A DNA stretch of 64,000 bases, from assembly GCA_964637835.1 (NCBI GenBank), contig CAZWYF010000007.1:7486-71485 (forward strand). The letters are read 5' to 3'. Each line of letters opens with the position of its first letter. The first letter of the stretch is position 1. The position numbers and the translations under genes were made by a program. Shown in pieces: positions 58,537 through 64,000 of this stretch. The notes below the pieces were generated by a model. The model saw only the letters and a program-made list of their open reading frames with translations, was not told the DNA's origin and did no database searches. This DNA is from an uncultured Fibrobacteraceae bacterium. GTDB taxonomy: Bacteria > Krumholzibacteriota > Krumholzibacteriia > LZORAL124-64-63.

Positions 58537-59907
58537 ATGGAGATCCGTGAGATCCGCCACCTCGACGGCGGCACCCAGCTGACCTGCCGCGAGGTCGTCG
58601 AGACCCTCGACCGCCACATCATCGGCCAGTACGAGGCCAAGCGCGCCGTGGCCATCGCCCTGCGCAACCGCTGGCGCCGCATGCGGTTGCCCGAGGCCGT
58701 GCGCAACGAGGTGGTGCCCAACAACATCATCCTCATCGGCCCCACCGGCGTGGGCAAGACCGAGATCGCCCGCCGCCTGGCGCAGATCGGCGGCCTGCCC
58801 TTCCTCAAGGTGGAGGCCACCAAGTTCACCGAGAAGGGCTACGTGGGCCGCGACGTGGACTCCATGGTGCGCGACCTGGTCGAGAACGCGGTGAACCTGG
58901 TGCGCTCGCGCAAGGAGGCCGCCGTCCGCGAGGAGATCGACCAGGCCGTGGAGGATCGCCTCACCGACCTGCTGTTCCCGCCCCTGCGCACCGACGCCGA
59001 GGATCCCGAGCGCCGCCAGCGCTGGGAGCGCAGCCGCGAGAAGGTGCGCGATCAGCTGCGGCAGGGCGTCCTGGAGGACCGCCGGGTCACCATCCGCAGC
59101 CAGCAGAGCAAGGTGCCGGTGGCCAACATCTTCACCTCGGCGGGCATGGACGTCGACCCGGGCTTCGAGGAGTCGCTCAAGAGCATGTTCCCCAAGCAGA
59201 CGGTGGAGAAGGACCTCACCGTCGTCCAGGCCCGCAAGCAGCTCCACGAGGAGGAGGTCAGCCGGCGCCTCGACGACGACCAGCTGGCCCAGGAGGCCCT
59301 CGAGCTCACCGAGCAGGGCGGCATCATCTTCGTCGACGAGATCGACAAGATCGCCGGCAAGGGCGGCGGCGGCGGCAGCGGCCCGGACATCAGCCGCGAG
59401 GGCGTCCAGCGCGACCTGCTGCCCATCGTCGAGGGCACCACCGTCTCGACCAAGTACGGGACGGTGCGCACCGACCACGTGCTCTTCGTGGCCGCGGGCG
59501 CCTTCCACATGAGCAAGCCCAGCGACATGATCCCCGAGCTGCAGGGCCGCTTCCCGGTGCGCGTGGAGCTGCGCAGCCTCACGGAGGAGGACTTCGTCCG
59601 CATCCTCCGCGACACCGACAGCTCCCTGCTCAAGCAGTACCAGGCCATCCTGGACGTGGATCAGTGCCAGCTGAAGTTCACCGAGGACAGCATCCTCGAG
59701 CTCGCGCGCATCGCCGCCGAGCTCAACAAGCGCCTCGAGAACATCGGCGCGCGCCGCCTGCAGACCATCCTCGCCCAGCTCCTGGACGACCTCCTGTTCG
59801 AGGTGCCGCACGCCATGACGGGGCCGTTCGAGGTCACGGCGGAGTTCGTGCGGGAGCGGCTGGCGCCCATCATCACCGACGAGGATCTCACTCGGTACAT
59901 CCTCTAG
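58537..59907 (+). CDS. hslU: ATP-dependent protease ATPase subunit HslU (ClpY)
   Basis: Walker A GPTGVGKTEIARRLA. I-domain. Sensor-2 region. 456 aa. Confidence 0.93.
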   Translation: MEIREIRHLDGGTQLTCREVVETLDRHIIGQYEAKRAVAIALRNRWRRMRLPEAVRNEVVPNNIILIGPTGVGKTEIARRLAQIGGLPFLKVEATKFTEKGYVGRDVDSMVRDLVENAVNLVRSRKEAAVREEIDQAVEDRLTDLLFPPLRTDAEDPERRQRWERSREKVRDQLRQGVLEDRRVTIRSQQSKVPVANIFTSAGMDVDPGFEESLKSMFPKQTVEKDLTVVQARKQLHEEEVSRRLDDDQLAQEALELTEQGGIIFVDEIDKIAGKGGGGGSGPDISREGVQRDLLPIVEGTTVSTKYGTVRTDHVLFVAAGAFHMSKPSDMIPELQGRFPVRVELRSLTEEDFVRILRDTDSSLLKQYQAILDVDQCQLKFTEDSILELARIAAELNKRLENIGARRLQTILAQLLDDLLFEVPHAMTGPFEVTAEFVRERLAPIITDEDLTRYIL

Positions 59908-59914
59908 GGTGGGC

Positions 59915-60028
59915 GGTGGGGCGGGGGGTGTTCCCCCTCGTCCGGGCTGGGTCCTCGCGTTGCGGCCCCTGGACGGGGCCGCTCGCTGCGGAGGCGCCCG
60001 GACGAGGGGGAACACCCCCCGCCCCACC
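59915..60028. terminator. Large hairpin 8 nt after the hslU stop: 33-bp perfect stem (ggtggggcggggggtgttccccctcgtccgggc / complement) enclosing a 48-nt core that contains its own ggcccc-tggac-ggggcc hairpin
   Basis: Perfect reverse-complement arms read directly. Likely factor-independent terminator or RNA-stability element. Confidence 0.5.
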
Positions 60029-60181
60029 TCGGCACCAGAGGGTACCGGGTGAGGGGAGTGGGGGGAGGGGGGGAGCGCGGCGGCGGGGTGGCGATCCGGA
60101 CGAGGATGGGAACGGAGCCTCGGCTCCTGGGTTCCTTCCACGGACCATCATCTCTCGGGCGTTCCCCTGCGGGTGAGGCGT

Positions 60182-60289
60182 GCGGCGGGGAGGTGGCGCC
60201 TCTCTGCGGGCGCCTCCGCAGCGAGCGGTCCCGTCCAGGGGCCGCGAAGCGAGGACCCAGCCCGCGGAGAGGCGCCACCTCCCCGCCGC
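60182..60289. repeat. Second large hairpin: 30-bp stem (1 mismatch) enclosing a 48-nt core that is the reverse complement (45/48) of the core in the first hairpin
   Basis: Arms gcggcggggaggtggcgcctctctgcgggc / gcccgcggagaggcgccacctccccgccgc. Loop gcctccgcagcgagcggtcccgtccaggggccgcgaagcgaggacccag. Confidence 0.5.
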
Positions 60290-60432
60290 CCCCGCCCGGA
60301 GTGGAATTCCCGCTCCCGGCGATTATCTTGGTCGAGCGAATCCCGCGGCCACCAGAGAGGCGCCGCGCCGATCCGAGTCACCCCGGAGGGCTGCCTGGGC
60401 CACGCCGGTCCCGCGACGGCCAGGAGGACGGA

Positions 60433-61350
60433 ATGACGCCGAGCAAGAAGGATTTCCTGCGGATCAACGATTTCTCGCTCGAGGAGTTGCGAGCGATTCT
60501 CGACCTCGCCCGCGAGCAGAAGCCGCTGGCGCGCAAGCACGAGCTGCCGCCATCGCATCCGGGCCGGCAGCTGGCCTGCGTGTTCGCCAAGCCGAGCCTG
60601 CGGACTCGCGTGAGCTTCGAGATCGCCATCCGGCAGCTGGGCGGCAACTCGCTCTTCATCACCGACAAGGAGATCGGGATGGGCACGCGGGAGTCGGTGA
60701 AGGACGTGGCGAAGGTCCTCAGCCGTTTCGTCGACGGCATCATGATCCGCTGGTTCGACCAGGGCGAGGTGGACGAACTGGCCGAGCACGCCACCGTCCC
60801 GGTGATCAACGGCCTGACCGACCTGCTGCATCCCTGCCAGGTGATGGCCGACATCATGACCGTCGAGGAGCACCTCGGCACCATCGACGACCGCAACGTG
60901 GTCATGGTCGGCGACGGCAACAACCTGGCCAACAGCTGGCTCAACGCCGCCTGCGTGTTCCCGTTCAACTTCACCCTGGCCTGCCCCGAGGGCTACGCGC
61001 CGGACGAGAGCATCCTGGCCGCGGCCGACCGCGCCGGCGCCAGCTTCCAGATCCTGCACGACCCCCTGGCCGCCGTGGAGGGCGCCCACGTCATCTACAG
61101 CGACGCCTTCTACAGCATGGGCCAGGAGGAGGAGGCCGCGAAGCGGCGGCGCGACTTCGCGCCCTTCCGCCTGACCACCGAGCTGCTGGCCATGGCGGAC
61201 AAGGAGCACATCGTCCTGCACTGCCTGCCTGCACACCGCGGCGAGGAGATCACCGACGAGGTGATGGACGGTCCGCATAGCGTGGTCTACGATGAGGCCG
61301 AGAATCGGATGCACGCCCAGCGCGCCATCCTGGCCCACTTCATGAAGTAG
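60433..61350 (+). CDS. argF: Ornithine carbamoyltransferase
   Basis: SLRTRVSFE (carbamoyl-phosphate site). HPCQ, DAFYSMG and HCLPAHRGEE motifs are OTCase-type. RBS caggagg 5 nt upstream. Confidence 0.85.
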   Translation: MTPSKKDFLRINDFSLEELRAILDLAREQKPLARKHELPPSHPGRQLACVFAKPSLRTRVSFEIAIRQLGGNSLFITDKEIGMGTRESVKDVAKVLSRFVDGIMIRWFDQGEVDELAEHATVPVINGLTDLLHPCQVMADIMTVEEHLGTIDDRNVVMVGDGNNLANSWLNAACVFPFNFTLACPEGYAPDESILAAADRAGASFQILHDPLAAVEGAHVIYSDAFYSMGQEEEAAKRRRDFAPFRLTTELLAMADKEHIVLHCLPAHRGEEITDEVMDGPHSVVYDEAENRMHAQRAILAHFMK

Positions 61351-61412
61351 GAGACGCCCTGCGCCCGACGGCACGGCAGCACCGGCGGCACCTGGCGAGC
61401 GGGGCCTGGCTC

Positions 61413-62648
61413 ATGAGCCTGGCCCTGCTCGCCGCTTGCGCCCAGCCCCTGCCGCCCCCGGGCGGCCCGGTGGACGAGACGCCGCCACACCTGGTGGCCG
61501 TCACCCCGGACAGCGGCAGCACGGGCCACGGCGCCCTCGATCGCGTCCGCATCGCCTTCAGCGAGAAGATGGAACGGACGGATGCCTACCGCTGGCTCGC
61601 CGTCTTTCCCGACCGCAAGATCCGCGACACGGACTGGAGCGGCGCCCGGGTGGCGACCGTGGAGTTCGAGGAGCCGCTGCCGGCCGACACGGTGGTGGTC
61701 CTGGAGGTCAAGCCGGGGATGAAGGACTCTCACGGCGTTCCCCAGCCACGGGGGCGCATCCTGGTCTTCGCCACCGGCGACACCATCGCCGACGGATCCA
61801 TCGGCGGCGGGGTGATCCTCGACGAGCAGCCCCTGGCCGGCGCGGTCGTCGAGCTGTTGCCCGCCGGCCCCGACTCCGTCCGGCTGGTGCAGCGCCCGGT
61901 CCTGCGCCGCGCCGTGGCCGACAGCGCCGGCATCTGGAAGCTGAGCTGGCTGCCCGCCGGGGGAGAGGCCTGGCTGCTGCGTGCCTATGACGACCGCAAC
62001 GCGGATCGCCGCCCCGCCGAGAGCGAGGCCCAGCGGGTGTTCCCCGACACCTTCCGCCTGCGTCCGGACCGGCGCACGCTCGACGTGGGGCTGCTGACGC
62101 TGTACCGACCGGACACGCCCGGCACCCTGGAGGGCGAACTGGACCAGCGCCCGCCGGTCGACGCGCCCGTGTTCGCCTTCACCCTGGCCATCGCCGAGGA
62201 GGACACCGGGTACGTTCCGGAGCCCGACGCGGCCAACGCGCCACCGGCGCAAGCGGTGCCCGATACCGGCCGCTTCACCCTGACCGGGGTCGGCCCGGGC
62301 CTGGTCCGCGCGGTGTTCTTCGCGGACCTCGATGGCGACAGCCTCTTCAGCGCCGTGGGCGACACCGCCGACACCGTCTGGACCCTCGAGCCCTGGGCGC
62401 TGGTGGACAGCCTCACCGTCGAGCCCGGCCTGCCCACCCCGAGCCCGTCGCCGGTCTGGCCCGACACGCTCACGCCGTGGCCGGCCCCCGCGCGGCCCGA
62501 CACCGTCGCCGCGCCCGACACCGCCGCCGTCGCCGGACCAGACAGCGGGACCGTCGCCGCGCCCGACACCGCCGCCGTCGCCCCCGCCGACACCCTCGAG
62601 GCCGGCACGCCGCTCCCCGATGCCAGGCCCGAAAGGGAGGAGCCATGA
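61413..62648 (+). CDS. Hypothetical lipoprotein (Ig-like/SbsA-like N-region; Pro/Asp/Thr/Ala tandem-repeat C-terminus)
   Basis: Lipobox LLAACAQ. GC3-biased codon usage. No catalytic motifs. Confidence 0.5.
   Translation: MSLALLAACAQPLPPPGGPVDETPPHLVAVTPDSGSTGHGALDRVRIAFSEKMERTDAYRWLAVFPDRKIRDTDWSGARVATVEFEEPLPADTVVVLEVKPGMKDSHGVPQPRGRILVFATGDTIADGSIGGGVILDEQPLAGAVVELLPAGPDSVRLVQRPVLRRAVADSAGIWKLSWLPAGGEAWLLRAYDDRNADRRPAESEAQRVFPDTFRLRPDRRTLDVGLLTLYRPDTPGTLEGELDQRPPVDAPVFAFTLAIAEEDTGYVPEPDAANAPPAQAVPDTGRFTLTGVGPGLVRAVFFADLDGDSLFSAVGDTADTVWTLEPWALVDSLTVEPGLPTPSPSPVWPDTLTPWPAPARPDTVAAPDTAAVAGPDSGTVAAPDTAAVAPADTLEAGTPLPDARPEREEP
62505..62582 (+). repeat. Tandem direct repeat (30-nt exact unit gtcgccgcgcccgacaccgccgccgtcgcc twice, 48-nt period) encoding a VAAPDTAAVA peptide repeat
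   Basis: Exact duplication read directly inside the lipoprotein gene. Confidence 0.5.
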
Positions 62649-63457
62649 GCCTGCCCTTCGTCAAGATGCACGGCGCCGGCAACGACTTCGTCATGGTCGA
62701 CGGCCGCGACCTGGCCGACGGACCGCCCCTGGACCGCGCCCGCATCGCCGCGCTCTGCGATCGTCGCACCGGCATCGGTGGCGACGGCCTGATCATCGTG
62801 GGCCGCGATCCCGACGGCGCGGTCCGTATGACCTACTACAATGCCGACGGCGGCGAGGCCGAGATGTGCGGCAACGGCGCCCGCTGCACGGTGGCCTTCG
62901 CCCACGCCCGCGGCCTGCTCGGCGCCACCGGCGTGCTCGCGACGGCGGCCGGCCCCCTGGAGGCCCGCGTCCACGGTCCCGGGGACATCGAGGTCTCCCT
63001 GCCGCCGTTCCGCGACCTCGCCACCGATCTGTCCCTCGACGGCGTCCCCGCCGGGACGGCCTGCCACCACTGCGACACCGGCGTGCCCCACCTGGTGATC
63101 CCCGTGGACGACATCGACGCCGTGGACCCGGCCGCCGCCGGCCCGCCGCTGCGTCACCATGGGCGCTTCGTCCCCGCCGGCGTCAACGTCAACTGGGTGG
63201 CGCCTGGCGCCGGAGGCGCGGCCTGGCAGCTGCGGACCTACGAGCGTGGGGTGGAGGCGGAGACCCTGGCCTGCGGCACGGGCGCCTCCGCCGCGGCCGC
63301 CGTCCTGGTGCGCCTCGGGCGCGCGACCTCGCCGGTGGCCATCCGCACGCGGGGCGGCGATCTTCTGCGCATCGATGTGGATCTGGACTGCCACCGGCTG
63401 CGCCTGCGCGGTCCGGCCCGGGTGGCCTTCGAGGGAGAGGTGAGACGCCATGACTGA
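62645..63457 (+). CDS. dapF: Diaminopimelate epimerase DapF
   Basis: FVKMHGAGNDFVMVD. The two catalytic Cys contexts (EMCGNGARC, ACGTGASAAA). ATGA overlap with the upstream stop. Confidence 0.85.
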   Translation: MSLPFVKMHGAGNDFVMVDGRDLADGPPLDRARIAALCDRRTGIGGDGLIIVGRDPDGAVRMTYYNADGGEAEMCGNGARCTVAFAHARGLLGATGVLATAAGPLEARVHGPGDIEVSLPPFRDLATDLSLDGVPAGTACHHCDTGVPHLVIPVDDIDAVDPAAAGPPLRHHGRFVPAGVNVNWVAPGAGGAAWQLRTYERGVEAETLACGTGASAAAAVLVRLGRATSPVAIRTRGGDLLRIDVDLDCHRLRLRGPARVAFEGEVRRHD

Positions 63458-64000
63458 GCGCGATCGCATGCGCGAGGGGATCTACACGGCCCTGGTGACG
63501 CCCTTCGCCGCGGACGGCACGCTGGACCGTCCGGCCTGGGAGAAGCTGGTCCGGCGGCAGGTGGAGGCCGGCGTGGCGGGCGTGGTGCCCGCCGGCTGCA
63601 CCGGCGAGGCCGCCGTGCTCGACCGCAAGGAACGCGAGTACCTGGTCCGCAGCGCCGTGGAGATCTGTGGCGGCCAGTGCCTGGTGGTGGCCGGCAGCGG
63701 CAGCAACAGCACCGAGATCAGCGTGCAGCTGACCCGCGAGGTGGCTGGCTGGGGCGCCGACGTGGCCATGCTCATCACGCCCTACTACAACAAGCCGCAG
63801 CAGCACGGCCTGGTGGCCCACTACCGGCGGGTGGCACGGGCCGTGGACATCCCCATCATGCTCTACAACGTTCCCGGTCGCACCGCCTGCAACCTGCTCC
63901 CCGACACCGCCACCGAACTGGCCGGCGAGGCCAATATCGTGGCGTTGAAGGAGGCGAGCGGCGACCTCGACCAGATCGAACGCGCCATCGCCGTGACCGG
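63450..64000 (+). CDS. dapA: 4-hydroxy-tetrahydrodipicolinate synthase DapA (3'-partial)
   Basis: GIYTALVTPFAADGTLD...GVAGVVPAGCTGEAAVL...MLITPYYNKP. Runs off the window end. Confidence 0.8.
   Translation, partial: MTERDRMREGIYTALVTPFAADGTLDRPAWEKLVRRQVEAGVAGVVPAGCTGEAAVLDRKEREYLVRSAVEICGGQCLVVAGSGSNSTEISVQLTREVAGWGADVAMLITPYYNKPQQHGLVAHYRRVARAVDIPIMLYNVPGRTACNLLPDTATELAGEANIVALKEASGDLDQIERAIAVT

Overview
The window is high-GC (~70%) bacterial chromosome that codes almost entirely on the + strand (57 of 58 genes). It is compact, with many 4-bp start/stop overlaps.

Bases ~1-31800 are a sigma-54-governed flagellar locus.
- It opens with the 3' end of a sigma-54 enhancer-binding protein (EBP) gene, a TPR-like secreted protein, a small FlgN-like protein, and a FlrB/FlrC-type two-component pair (a sensorless histidine kinase plus an NtrC-family response regulator).
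- A ~23-kb contiguous flagellar block follows in the ancestral Firmicute/spirochete 'fla' order: flgB-flgC-fliE-fliF-fliG-fliH-fliI-fliJ-ylxF/flbB-like-fliK-flgD-flgE-flbD-motA-motB-fliL-fliM-fliN-fliO-fliP-fliQ-fliR-flhB-flhA-flhF-(unknown)-fliA.
- There are no che genes and no flhG.
- The FlhF homologue has degenerate GTPase motifs.
- Two near-consensus sigma-54 promoters sit in front of fliP and fliA.
- Downstream of fliA are two unknown small genes, two tandem HDOD-domain proteins and a FleQ-like sigma-54 EBP with a degenerate receiver domain.

The remainder is mostly housekeeping:
- an outer-membrane beta-barrel protein (FadL/PorV-like);
- a convergent MltD-like lytic transglycosylase with LysM repeats, the only minus-strand gene;
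- a GGDEF diguanylate cyclase with an AT-rich sigma-70 promoter;
- comEC, purC, purH and guaA;
- a secreted M6 (InhA-like) metalloprotease with a T9SS/FlgD-Ig-like C-terminal sorting domain, which hints at an FCB-group or Gemmatimonadota-like candidate lineage;
- an Slt-type transglycosylase and a CTP-transferase-family membrane protein;
- secA, smg-like, topA (with a lysine-rich KKT tail), trmFO, xerC, hslV, hslU, argF, a repeat-containing lipoprotein, dapF and the start of dapA.

Two large nested-palindrome elements stand out. One lies between the convergent OMP and mltD genes. The other is a 525-bp highly structured hslU-argF spacer that carries two inverted copies of a 48-nt core plus a G-run tract.

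No rRNA, tRNA, CRISPR or obvious mobile elements were seen. The many long minus-strand ORFs in the six-frame track are GC-frame artefacts antisense to real genes.
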